A stretch of 64,000 nucleotides of DNA, taken from Epiperipatus broadwayi. Taxonomy: Eukaryota; Animalia; Onychophora. The translations under genes and the position numbers were made by a program. The notes under the pieces are model-generated. The model searched no databases and was not told where the DNA came from. It saw only the letters and a program-made list of their open reading frames with translations. Location: contig JAQFVV010000009.1 in assembly GCA_028023455.1 (NCBI GenBank), positions 12,710,001-12,774,000 of the forward strand. Direction: 5' to 3'. Below are positions 1 to 13,320 of this stretch, piece after piece (position 1 is the first letter of the stretch; each line of letters starts with the position of its first letter).

Positions 1-910
1 TTACTATTAGATGCCACATAAATAAGTTCACATTAATACAGAAAGTGGAGTTATCCCTTAAACCGCTAATTTTATCATTGGTTGTATCAGATAAAAATCA
101 AATCTTTTAATTGGCCAACTCACAAACTGAAGACAAAGCCTATTGTTAAAACATATTCGCCTATAATATTAAATTCAACTCAGATACGTTTATAAAAAGT
201 ATATAATTAATTTTTCAGGTTGTGAAGACAACGAAAGTTCTTTCAAAAATAAATTGCTATTTATTTATTCTAAGATATTCAATATCGGCAACATAAAAGT
301 TATAATGTAAACAAAAAGATCGACTTTTACTTATAGAAAAGTAAATATTTCTTTTTATTACAACTTCAATATTTGTATTAAAATCTTCAATATTTTTGAA
401 AATAATTTTGTTTTTATTATTCTCTCTGAAAATTATGTTTAATTTCCATAAATATTATTTAATAATAATTTAAATCGTATTCGAAATGAAAATCTCAGCG
501 TTTTTCTTTATTTTCTTTGATCAGGCAGTTTCTTTGTTCTTTCCAGCCAATCAGAATGTCTTTTTCGGCTGAGAGCATGCTAAGAACCAATCACAAATAA
601 TGTTCCTTCTTTGTTTAGGTTTAAATGCGTTTTTTTTCTATTTTTTACTTCTAAAATAAATCGGAAGATGTCACCATCGTACAGAACTTTTAAAAACGAA
701 TTCAATACGTATTTAACGAATATTTTCGTATGAAAACGGGCTGAGTTAGAGTGATTTCAGATGTCGACGAGGAGCCTCGTCGGACGCGGGAAAAGGGTTA
801 TTGACAACTTTGTTGAAAATGAATCTTTAAATTTTTAAGAAATCCAAAGCGCATGTGCAACAGTTTAATGCTGTTTAAAATATTACAGTTTGTAAAAAAC
901 ATCGCGCTAT
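1..910. promoter_or_regulatory. CpG-retaining, promoter-like region with paired CCAAT boxes
   Basis: CpGs are frequent up to about 910 and then nearly vanish for kilobases. CCAAT boxes at 547-551 (agCCAATcag) and 587-591 (aaCCAATcac), 40 bp apart. A CGGAAG motif near 662. An 8-bp perfect inverted repeat CGACGAGG-ag-CCTCGTCG at 765-782. No associated gene can be assigned. Confidence 0.4.
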
Positions 911-1327
911 ATAAAATAATTGACTTATTTAATTAATTAAATAAAATGTACTACCAAATATTTAGCAATTATAAATAATCATAAGTAATGAAGACTAAAA
1001 TTTCACTGCTGGACTAATACATAAGTACCAGTGTCTAAAGAGTATGTATAAATGATTATATAGTTTGAAATATTTTATAAGAATTACCCCTTTTGTTTAT
1101 CAGTATAGGGATGTAAAAGTCTGTATGAATATTTATACAATTAATTACTTTTGTGACAATAAGATTAATGTATAAATAATATTATTGTTCAGTACAGGAA
1201 AGCTTCTAGCAACATGCATCATAGTCTTTTGGTGATAAATGTTAGCTTAGATAAACAGCTTAAGCAATACAAATTTAATTTCAAGTAAATTTATTCAATT
1301 CAAAAATTTATTTTTATGTTCTAATTT

Positions 1328-1719
1328 ATATTCATTAAAATGATTTGACCATTTCATTCCCAAATTTGAGCATATCATTAAGAATATTACTTACACTTCC
1401 TACAAGTGTAGCTAGTGGAGAGAGATCATTTTCTCAAAATTAAAAGTTATAAAAAGATCAGCTGGTAAACTTGTCAGTGATAGCTATAGAGAATAACATA
1501 TGCTATACTATTAAGTGTTGATGATATTGTATCTAACTTTAGTTCTGTGAAAGCTCTGAAAGTAAATTTATAATTATGTAATAGTATTTTTTTTTTGTTT
1601 TCTGTAATAAAACATTAAAATGTATATAAAATCACATAGAATTTATTTTATTTTTATTGAGGGGGGGGTACTGATTATTGTTTTGCATAAGGATGCTGAT
1701 GATCTCTCCTCCAGCCCTG
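1328..1719 (+). mobile_element. hAT transposon 3' remnant (C-terminal dimerisation domain plus right TIR)
   Basis: Frameshifted translation SFPNLSISLRILLTLPTSVASGERSFS/KLKVIK...LSVIAIENNIC/LSVDDIVSNFSSVKALKVNL* (stop 1571-1573) matches the hAT dimerisation-domain pattern. The element ends in ccagccctg (1711-1719), the reverse complement of a CAGGGC-type hAT terminus. Confidence 0.85.
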
Positions 1720-4700
1720 CATCTAAGTTTCCTTATAGTGACTTTCTGATTATGATAGTTAATAATAAACTATTTAAGTAAATGAAGGTAATACCACTAT
1801 ACACATTAACTTTGCACCACAATCGATTGCATTGACCAATTTACAATCATTGATGTCTGCAAAAAGAAAAATTCCATCTTATATTGGTATTGATGTAATA
1901 TTATCAAGTAATGAATAAAAGCTGTTTTTCTCGTTCTGAACTTAATGTTGCAGCAATCAACACTGATTGTTTTTGCACAAACCAATTATTAATCTCTTTA
2001 GCCTTTCATTGATATAATTAGAAATTTCAAAAATAAGGGGAATTTAATTTATATACAGGTTTGTAAAAATTCATTGACTGCTCTTTTAAAAAAATATTTA
2101 GCCATCTATTTGTTTAATACATTTTTTTCTCTCTATGATAATAGCTATATTAATCTTAAACCATGATAATTTCTTAGTGTCAAACACCACCCTCTGCTTA
2201 TATCTTGATTAGTTCATATCAAACAAAGTTTTCACATTTCATTTAACCATATTTAGTTGAAAATAATCAAAAAATATTTTTGTGATTATCACAGAGGCTG
2301 TTACCACAATCACACACACAATCATTTACTGAATGAAGTTCCATCAATTTCAACTAAACCATTATTGAATATATTTCTTCACATAAGACAACAATTAAGG
2401 TTTCAACATTATTTTAATGCTTTGAATACTTTATATTATCAAAATATTCAGATACAAATAGAAATATTACAATTATAAATACTATATGAGTAAACAAAAG
2501 ACAGAAATGTGATTTCACTAACATCAATCATATTAACATGGATTAGGTATAAAGTGAGAAGGAAGTATTTAAATAAGAATATACTATTAATAATCTTATT
2601 TTATATAATTAGAAAATTTATGATTCATAAAGCAACTTATTAAATATCTATTTAAAACTATTTAATTAAAGTTAATATTAATGCAAGTATAAATTACATC
2701 AAAGGATAACATTTTTTAAAAGGCATTAATTACTAAAATTAAATTCAATACTGTAAATATACTTAAGATAACTCCAAAGAAGTTATGAAGTAAATTTTTA
2801 TACTTTGAAGAAAATTTTTTATCATATAAACTATTTGTAACAAAATTGAAAACAAATAGAAAAAGTATGGACCATAATTTATTTACAACACTAACCATGC
2901 AGTGCGATTAGAAAATGAGATATATTCCATTAGCAGATCAAACAATGATAAAACCATTTAAATCATTACCATATGGAAAATCATGGAGAATACCGTTGGC
3001 TTCTTTCTTTTTCAGTGTAGAGAGACCTTGTCCATCAATGGGTTATTAATTAAGGATTGTTTTATCTTTATAGTAAATATGACTGCATGAGTAATGAAAT
3101 ACTTTTTAGCAATATATTAGATATATTTCATTCATTTTATTCAAAACATAAAATGCATTAGTTAATTTATTTCATATTTATTTTAAGCATATATATATAT
3201 ATTGTAGTGCTGGAAATAGCTTGAAAAGATAGTCACCCTGCAAACATAGTTGATATAATAAGCATTTGATGAATTATGAAAATTATTTACAATTCTTTTA
3301 AATTTAGTATTTTTTTTGAATATGCACATATGTGTATACATTGGTGAAATATGTAAAAGCATCTTACTTGGAGTAAATAAATAAATAAGACATAACCTTT
3401 ATTAAAATAAATTTTAATAGAGAAATTTAAACCATATGGGCTTGAAATAATTATTTTTTAAAAAAAATAATTTGATTAGATTTGTAGATAACAAAAAATG
3501 AATCTAAAAATTTGGTTAGTAATAGTAATTAAAGGATAAAGAAAAGTCTCCAATTTATTATGTATTTTTAATTACTAATCTATTGGGTATTTTAATTTTT
3601 AAAAAATGTAAGAGTTTGTAAAAATAAGATTAAAAAGTGTTACATTTTTCATTAGCATTGGACTAGAGAATTAATTTTAAAAATGATTGTATCTCTAATT
3701 ATTGAAAAGATCAGAATAAATGTTTTACTTTGATGAACTATAACATGGCTGAAAAATATATTGCTGTGATTGATTATCTTTACTAAAAACAATCTTTTGC
3801 TTTATGGATTATAATTATTATTTATACATATAATCAGAGAAAATGCATTGCTGATTAATTTAAAGTGTACTGCTCATATAATTATGTAAACATCTTCTGA
3901 AATCTACCCAAGCTCAACTGTAATGCCATAACCTTGGACAAATTACAATGTCTATGAAGAATGTGCCTCTATCATTTTGTTTTAAAACAGAACATTTAAA
4001 TAAAACAAATTATAAGAAAAAAACATCACAAGTTTGTCCTTAAGCTAATCAATAATAGAAATTATAATATATGTGATAATAAGACTGTTCTTTTAAAAAC
4101 TTTAACAAAAAAAAAAAAAAAAGATATTAATAAGTCAATATAACCTGATTGCTGTATTGTAATTTATTTCTGGTACATTAGTTGTGAAGTCACTTTTATC
4201 TATTTATTTTATATGCTTTAGCTAGTGTGTGAATGTATTCTAAAATAATTTATTTTTAACTGTGTGTGTATGTATAAGTGTGAGCTAATTGTATCTGATA
4301 AATAAATGCTTATTCTTCTATAAAAGTCAAGTTGTCAGTGACATTTTATATAGCAGCATGTATTTTAAATGTTCACATTAGCACCTATCAGTTCTGTGTT
4401 AAAAAAACACAAAGTTGAATTAAAGAGAATGTTTAACTGCTGAGCAAATGCTGAATAATATAACAAATTGGGGGATTATGAATTTGAAATTAGCCCAGTC
4501 AGTATTTTTATTATTTGTCTTTTCACAAATGAAAGGACTGGTGCATGAGACTGGTGCCTGAGGAAAGACTAAAAATGGACACCTTTTTATTTAAATCAAA
4601 ATACTTTTAAGTGGTAAACATATTTCACATCACTAGTGTTGATTTAGTGGTGGTGACCCATTTTGGGGTTCAATCATCTCCATTCTTATATACTATAAAA

Positions 4701-5781
4701 GTTATAATCATTAGTCATATTTAAAGTTAGTTCCTGCAGATTACTGGTACAATAAATATTAAGTGAATATATTATTTTGTAAATATGTAAATGTTTTTTA
4801 TTTAACTAAAATTATTTTTTTTCAATTTCCAAACTTTAGTTATACTTTGTGCATCATTATTTCATATTTTTACATGTGGAGGAGTAAATCCAACACACAC
4901 ATAACACTATGATATTGCATTTTAGCTGCTAATCCAAACATAGGAAAAAAAAACAATTCCTCTATAAGTTGGGCTATGGATAAATAACACTTATACATCA
5001 ATAAATGATAAAAAATAGAGCAAATTCACCCATTCTTTCAGCTTTCAGTCTTTATAAGCATTTATTTGTTAACATTGCTGCAAATTAAAAAATAGAAATT
5101 ATATATTAGTCTGACTTAAATATAGAATAAATCATTTTAAAATTACAATTGTGAAAATAGAAGATAAAGACAAAATCTCATTTTTAATAACTTTTAAACA
5201 ATAATCAATTCAAAATGATTAATAACATTTAAATGAGGTTAATACATAATTTTCATTCTTAATTTTCATAAATGTCAAATGCTGAAAGTATAATAAACCC
5301 ACTCTATTCTTTATTATTTGTTGATATATAAGAGTTGTTTATAGTTTACGATGGAGTTGGTTTACTTCCCTTTGGATTTCATATACATTAAGCTTTCATA
5401 GTTGATATTTATATTTACAAACTATTATTTGATTATTGCTATACAAGTTCTTTAAAATGCAATTCAATCTGTATTTTCTATTTGTACAATTGTAATTTCA
5501 AAATTATTAATGCTGTATTTAAATCAGGCTAATACTTAATTTTTAGCAATATCAGCAAGTAAAAGCTTATAATGATCAAAAACTGAAAGAATAGATGAAT
5601 CCACTCTGTTATTTATCTATAGCTTATAAAAAAAGGTGATTTACTTCCATTTGTATTTTATATACATTAACATCTGCCATTTGATATAATTGTAGCCACA
5701 AAAATATAATTTCTTTAACAGTTTATTGATAATTTAGGAACTCAACTGACAGTTATTAAGAAAAATTACATTAGTAATCAA

Positions 5782-6198
5782 TTGTATTTTTATATTGGAC
5801 TATTTCCATCATCTTGAATGTTTTTAGAAAAATTTAACTTTATTTAAATATTCCAAATACTTTCAATTGTTAGTATCAAATGGGTTAGTATATTTCAAGA
5901 GGTATTATCCTCCTCTCTTCTTCAGGTGTTGTTGGCCTGACCAGTGATAGTATTAGCATGGAATTACTCAAGAATCTAAGGGTCCAGGTTCGAATCCCAT
6001 GCTGGTACTGACAATGGTCAGGCCAGCAACACCTGAAGAAGAGAGGAGAATAATACCTCTCAAAATGTTGTGCATATACTAATCTGCTTGGTGTATTAAC
6101 AGTTGAATGTATTTGGAATATTTAAATAAAGTTAAATTTTTCTAAAGACATTCAATACTCATATTAGATGATGGAAATAGTCCAATATAAAAATACAA
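5782..6198. mobile_element. Foldback (head-to-head) insertion of a tRNA-B-box plus hammerhead-relic SINE-like element
   Basis: Inverted arms of about 180-195 bp around a 35-nt spacer. Pol III B-box GGTTCGAATCC at 5987-5997. Each arm has a hammerhead-like motif: + strand CTGAAGA (6033-6039) A GAGAGG-loop-CCTCTC AAAA TG TT GTG; - strand CTGAAGA (5925-5919)...CCTCTT GAAA. Confidence 0.75.
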
Positions 6199-9100
6199 CT
6201 AAAACACCATCATCACAAAACTTCAGGAAAACAATTAGTATCACTAGTTTGCAAAAATATAAAAATAAATACATTTATAGATTTGTGTAATTCTTTTCTT
6301 ATGTAAAATTATCTATCATAAATAGAGGAAAGATAATATTTTTACTTTCAATACCCCCATCCCCATATTTTGACTGAAAAAAAAAAATTTCTACAGAATC
6401 TTTATTTTATTTGCTTGACTTGTCAAAGCAAATATGGAAGAGCAGAGGGAAAATCAAAATACATATGACAATCCAAATAAATAAAATGAAGCTTGAAGAA
6501 GATTATTAATCAATTGAAACATTGAGAAAGAAAATGTCAATTAAAAAAAAAAAACATTGAAACAAAAACAATAAATTTATTATCTTAAAGACATCATTAT
6601 AAAATATACATAATTTCAACATAAAATTTAGTTATATTTTACAATAAAAAGTATGCATTACATTTATATATTTTGCACAGAACTCTTGGAGAAAGAAGAG
6701 GCTGCCCTATTTAATGTATTTCTCAGTACAAACAAATCTCTTTTATTATTGCATATAAATTTGTTAAGTGCATCTCTCGTTACAATTCTACCATATCATA
6801 GCAGTCACCAGCAGAGAAAGTCAGACCAGCCTCTCTTACTAGGCATGCATTTTATAAATAAACTGCATTCTTCAGGTGTACTAAAGATATCAAACACACG
6901 AATCTCCATGCTCTTGCTAACAGCTCCATACCTTCCACTACATCACTATCATGTAAGTTAGGGATTAGTTTCTATCCACTTTTAACAACTAGTGAAAAGG
7001 TATACAATCATTGCACTACATATATATATTCTAAACTTTTATCAGTGTATTTCTCATCTTACTGCTTTCATGGCACATTTGATTTTCTTCTCATATGTAC
7101 TTGTACACGCGTGCAATTATTTTGATTAAAAAAGATATGCATATAATAAGAATAGTAGCCACATCAATTCAAGATCAGAAGATTTGGGTTTGCGCCTGAA
7201 GAAAGGATTGCAAAAGGCTTATTGGAATGGGATAACGTCTCTGAATTATTTTTCGGTAATTAGAAGTATAAATATCAGAATTCTAACTATCGGATGTAAG
7301 TTGTGATTGGGAGGGGGGGGTAGAAACGGATATTTGATATGAGGATTTAGAAGAAAGAAAAATAAGAAGCTTCATTAAAAAAATAGTGTAATGAAGAAGA
7401 TATACACGCGTGAATATTGTTAAATAAAATTAAAAACATGATTTGTTTTTTATCTCTTGTCTTTTTTTTTTTTGCTGTTCGATAGTTAAATTTAGGTTTA
7501 AACATATTTAAAATTTGCGAGCTGTTGTAATGCACATAGATCAATAGAGTTAAAAATCATGTTAAGTTTGAAGTTTATGAATTAGCTGATGTAACTCTCA
7601 AAGCATATTTAAGCTGTTGGGTTGGTTAATTGCGAGCTTTGTTTTAATCAGCACTCCCTTCTGAATGAAACTAAATAGCCAGAAACCATTTGCTTTATAG
7701 GCCTAAGGAGAATGGAAAAACTTCTTGCTGTTAGAGGGTATATTGATGAATGTCGTTTATAATTATATATGAGTGCATATATCTATAGTTTTTTTTTGTA
7801 AATTACATTTCAAATAAACACATACTAATAAACTTATTGCAACAAAACAAAAACAAAAAAGAAGTTATTATTGCAAATATGAAAATTGTACAAGAAATTA
7901 TTTACTATATGTCAATTTGTAATAGAGAAAGCAAAATGTTTTAAGACACATCTGCCATCTCTTGTTAGTTGTACAAATTAATTTAAGCTTGTAGAATTAG
8001 AAAAAGTTTAACTATTGTAATGTATTTTAAAACAAGTTATAAAGTAAATAAACGATAATATAATTTATTTGTATAATGATAAGCTAATAAATAATATTTA
8101 TTGTTATATTAATTAATAAATATTATTAATAAATAAATTCTATTAACTTTTTTAATAATATTTAACATACCAAACAAAAATATTACTTTAATATAAAGCT
8201 TTTATAATTGTATTTTATTTAATATTTAATAATGGTTCAAAAAAATGTTAAAACATCTATAATAACCAAACAGGTTTGAATTTGTAATAAAAAATGATTT
8301 ATTTAAAGCAGAGCGCTTTCAATACTGAGTAATATCATAACCATAGCATTATGTGACTAAATGAAGTTGAGATATAGATGTAAAGTTACTTTTGAATATT
8401 AAATAATAGATTATCATAAAATTGAATTTTTAGGAGTAGATTTACATCTAATGACAAAAATGGTCGCTACAAGTTCCATTTTTTATAACTAACTTGTAAT
8501 TTATTTTAGTTATTGAAAATTTCTTATGTATATAGTCTATGCTTAGGCTTACATGGTTTTCAGACATGAACACTAATTGCAAAAAAAAAAAAACCAATTA
8601 AATAGTGCCCCAAAGAATTCCCTTTAATATCTTGTAGGATAGGATGATGGTTCATTAAAGATTAGATATTGTTTTCTGTTTTCATTTGTTTAAATTAGAG
8701 TAGAGTCTGATAATAATAAGTATTTCATGTCATTGAACATCTTATTCTAACTGTGATAACGATATTATATATTTGGGCAAACACATTACCATTGTTTAAC
8801 TACATGCATAGCATTTCTGATTCCAATTCTCTTTTTTTTTTTTTAGTTAAAGCCTTCAAGAGGAGACTGACTTAGTAGGCTGTCAGTTGTTTAATTGTGA
8901 TCTTTGTTTGAAGCAGTACAATCACTGTTGAGTTAGTTTGGGACTGAATTTGTGTAAAAAGGGAGTTTTACTTAATGAACATTATACATTTAGGCAACCC
9001 TATTTAGGGGTTCTCTCTATCTACCAAGAAAGCATCTAGAAAATATCTAAAAATGGCCTAACTCACAGTCTGACTAGGTTGTCACACCTGGTGATTGACT

Positions 9101-10954
9101 TATTGTAGTGATAGAAATAACAACAATATTAGTAGTAAGTGATAAATCAGGAAGCAGTGGCAGCACTAAAAATAAGTAAGGATAAATCTATTTTTTTTTA
9201 AATAAAGCTATGTAGATGCATTTGTATTTAAAAATGTCTAAAATTGAAGAGCAATATAGTTCCTCTTAGTGAAATTTGTCTTCCAGAGAAAGAAAGTTTA
9301 ATAGAACATATGAAGAGATATGTTTGGAAATGCGCACTAATCAGTAAAAGAATGATGCATTATTGGAATTCCTCATTGTGCTACTGAAAGGCTTATGGTG
9401 CTAAAACTCACTTTGTAGAAAGGCTATTAGTGCTCATTGTATTAGTGCATATGCTTTAATCTTAGATTACATCAATAACATTAAAAGGTCATTTTTTTCT
9501 TCTTAGATATTTTAATGCATGTATTGGTACAAATACTAGACTTTGATCAAAAGTTATTGGGAATAATGATATTGGTGCTAAATTCAAATAGTTTGTTGTT
9601 ATTGAATTTTAGCATAACACATAGCTTCACCATTGCAAACACTTTGTTTAAATAGAAAAATCACTACAAATGAACATGGATGCATCCATGCTCCAAAGCA
9701 CAGGCATTTACTAGATTACACTATAGTTAGGAGTCAGAATATAAAAGAAATTTACATTATGTGAGACTTATACATTTTAAATATATTTAAGATAATGATT
9801 ACACTATTGAACATTAAAAATAAATAGTATTGCAATCATATTCACAGAAAAATTGATGTTCATTCTTTAAATAAATTTACTATATGTACTAAATTTCATC
9901 AGTTATTAAATATTAAAGTTGTCTGACCTTCAAGACTGTCATATTATTGAAGCCTGGAATTCTCTTAAGAAATATGTTGTGGATGGATGTAAATTTGTTT
10001 TTGGGTTCACTAAAAAGAATCAAAACTAAGTTTCTGGCATTTATCTTATTGTTAGTAATTTGATTAAAAGGAAACATTGCAATTTCTGGCTAGCATAATA
10101 ATAAATTAAATGTGAATTTTCATAATAAATATAAGGATATGGAGGTAGAAGTTTGATAACTGACAAGAAAGCTTAAAAATAATTGGTGACATTCTCTGAT
10201 CGTGGTCATTTTTGATGCATGGAAAAGAACATAATCGACCTGAGAAATAGTATCATAAATGTATTAAATCCAGTAGTGGTATCTCTTACATGACAATGAC
10301 ATTTTGAACAGGTGGAAAGGTTGTTTGAACATATTTGAATAATGACTTTAATTAATACTATCCAAAGAAAAATATAACCAAATAAATAAACAAAAATGTA
10401 AATAAATAAAAAGCCATTAAATTTCAAAAATTTGATGATTGTCAAGCAATCATTTTTAACTTCTAAGTGCAGTACAATATTATGTTTATAAAATAAAATT
10501 TTTAATTTATGCCAGCAGTCATTTGTACATATCGGAGTAACATTCACGATTATGTTTACTAATAAAAATTCAGTTTATATTAAAATCACATATATTTGAT
10601 TGTTTCTTTATTATCCTTTTTGAATTTGATATTTGTCTAATAAAATATTTTCTGAGCATAATGCTAAAAAAAAAATTAAACATATTAAAAGTTGATACTG
10701 ACTTAAAAACATCAAAATAATCCTAATTTCTTGATAACAAAATCATTACCCTTTACCCTGATTAGCAATGATAATTGGTCTCCAAAAATGCCTTGTAAAG
10801 AAAAATCTCACATTAAAAATAAGCAATTATAATGAATTTCCATAGGAAAAAAAATTAATTCATTATTTTAAAAAATGATTAAAAAATAAAGCTTAAATTA
10901 AAAAAAAGCGATAATTAATGAAGTAAGATTTACCTAGCATATTATTAAAAAAAA

Positions 10955-11691
10955 TGGTAATCATCTGAAATCTGGGCATGGTCACTTGATGGCATTGTTT
11001 CTGTACAAAAATAATGAAATGTAATGTTAGTGGGCTGATATTTTTTTTTATTGAAAAATTTATGAAACAAAATTTATTTTTATTAAAATAATATTTTAAA
11101 ATATTACATTTTTAAAATGATATGAAACATTATTTACATTACATTTTTAATTACATTATACATTTCAGTGCATAGTGCTGGAAGACAGCACCCCCACGAC
11201 CTGCTGTTTTCCAGATCTGGCATGGATCCAAAGACAAACAGTACGTCAAAACATGCATTACTTTCATACAACCGACATTATGATTTACAAAACAACCTAC
11301 AGCATGTGACTTATGTGAAATGGTGGTGGGACCTACCCTTTTGCAATTTTTTTCACATTCTATAATCTGTATGGAAGTACTGTGACAGCCTTACAATTAT
11401 TACTATGTAGGTAGGGTGCAACATCGTTACTTCAAATGCACATTAAAACAGTTATGGCCAGTTGAATTCCATACACTCTACATCGTACAGTGTATGCTAT
11501 TTCCATAGTGCCACAAAGCATATCAGCAGGCTGTAATATTGGTGTGAAACACCATCTACAACTGCTAATGGCTAATATGAACATAATTGTTCTATATGCC
11601 TTAAATTCAGCCACATAAATGGCATATTTCTGTGTTTTTGCACAGAAACAACACCATCAAGCAGCCGTACCCAGATTTCAGATGACTACCA
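10955..11691. mobile_element. Non-autonomous TIR element (MITE-like) with 57-bp TIRs
   Basis: 10955-11011 and 11635-11691 are inverted repeats (48/57 identical; all differences are transitions). A-runs flank both ends. An internal 13-bp GC-rich hairpin lies at 11178-11214. No transposase recognised. Confidence 0.7.
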
Positions 11692-12509
11692 AAAAAACTA
11701 ACCTGTGAGTAAATATGCCATTTAAAAACATTTCACTAGTTGTATTTAAATATATATATATATATACATAATTTTTTCATTGATGATCACCACTTCACTT
11801 CTTAGGTAGTTGCAGAATATTTCCTAAATGACAAAAAAAACAACAACAACTAATAATGCAATTTTTAAAATTAAATAAAAAAATTAACATAATACAATAT
11901 ACACTTTGAAATGTATTTTTGATGCACTTTATGTTCAGTTATTAAAATTTTTTATTTTTATAATTTCTAACCAATAAAATTGAATTATTTTTTTTGCAAC
12001 ACCATATTTTTAAAAAAAATTTAAATTGTGTATTTTTTTATATTTTACATGAATGTATTGAAATGAAATAAAATGAGCATAAAAATGTTATGAACAATTG
12101 ATTGCTGTAGTTTTAATAAAATATGTAAATGTCTAAATCTTATTTTTTCTTTTGTCAATTTATTTTACAATAAAAATAGCAATTATTTTGAATGAGTCAT
12201 AAATTATGAGAATATTGATTTAAAGTATAAAAAATAATTTACATTTCATAACTTTTGATTATATAAAGTTGATTATTAGCTTCACAGTGTATGAAATCAT
12301 TTTTTTTCTCAAAATAACTTATGACTATTATGATCATCTTAATTTTACTACAGGCAAAATAATATTCATAATAATTTTAATTCATAAAACTAATTTAATG
12401 AATATAGATTAACTAATTAAACATTTTACAACTAGATATTCATGCTCTGGCTCTGTGTCAGATTTGTTTTTCCTGGTAAGAGTTTTGTAAGTTTTCAATA
12501 TATAATTTT

Positions 12510-13320
12510 AAAATTAAAGCATTATTCTATATCATAATATAATAAACTGAATTTGATTTAGTAGAAACTTACATTTACAAATGAAATAAATCATAAAAAA
12601 ATCAAATTTGAACTTTGCAAATATTGAAGAAATAATATTGTAATAGGTTTTATCATTCAATGATTAAGAGAGGCAGATTGATTTTATAAAATCAAAGAAA
12701 TCTTTTTTATTGTTATTTGGGTTTAAAATATAAACAAATAAATAACAATATCTGGTAAATCTGACAAATGATGCTTTAAAATATTAACATTTTAAAAATA
12801 ATTTTTACATCACAATATGACACTAGCAGAGTATTTGTGGTGATATATTAGCAATCAGTTTGAAAAAGGATGTTTACTAGAATTTCACAATTTGCTTTGT
12901 TAACACCCTTATCACTTTTTATTTTTAAAAATAACACATGCACTTATAAAATAAATGTGCATTCATGTATAATTTTGATTTTTAATAATTATTATATAAT
13001 TAGTGTTTAAAAATAAGCACAAATCTTAATAAACTTAAAAAAAAAACAGTTTTTACTCATTCTAAAAATTTCCTCTAAGTAATCTCACAAAGCACAATAA
13101 ATGTGTAACAAAGAAAACAAACTCATCAAATTTGTCAAGGTTTTTTAAAACACTTTGAAGAAATTGCATTTTCAATTAGATTTTTTGAGAGAAATTAAAA
13201 TATCAAAATAAAATATATGTTAATTTTTGATTTAAAAAAATAAAAATATGTCAATAGATTGCTGTACAAGTAAGTAGACTCCAGCATTTTCCCTAGATAT
13301 CTCCATACAGAGTTCCTCAT
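12510..13320. repeat. Dispersed repeat, copy 1 (paralogous to 36600-37385)
   Basis: Collinear shared blocks with 36600-37385: tttgaactttgcaaata, tagcaatcagtttgaaaa, cacaaatcttaataaactt, gactccagca, agttcctca. Confidence 0.75.

Noticed and set aside
2716-3050. Hydrophobic 60-aa ORF and adjacent higher-GC open frames
   Set aside because: In-frame stops lie upstream and no motif is recognisable. The mitochondrial code does not rescue it.
6653-7420. 102-aa ORF and protein-like antisense or acidic frames
   Set aside because: Possibly a decayed transposon or pseudogene, but there are multiple stops and no identifiable motif.
10206-10547. 113-aa hydrophobic ORF resembling a membrane-protein exon (possible AG at about 10560, GTAAGA donor at about 10289)
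   Set aside because: T-rich strands give F/L/I/Y-rich ORFs by chance, and I recognise no family or partner exon. RNA-seq or BLASTP would be needed.
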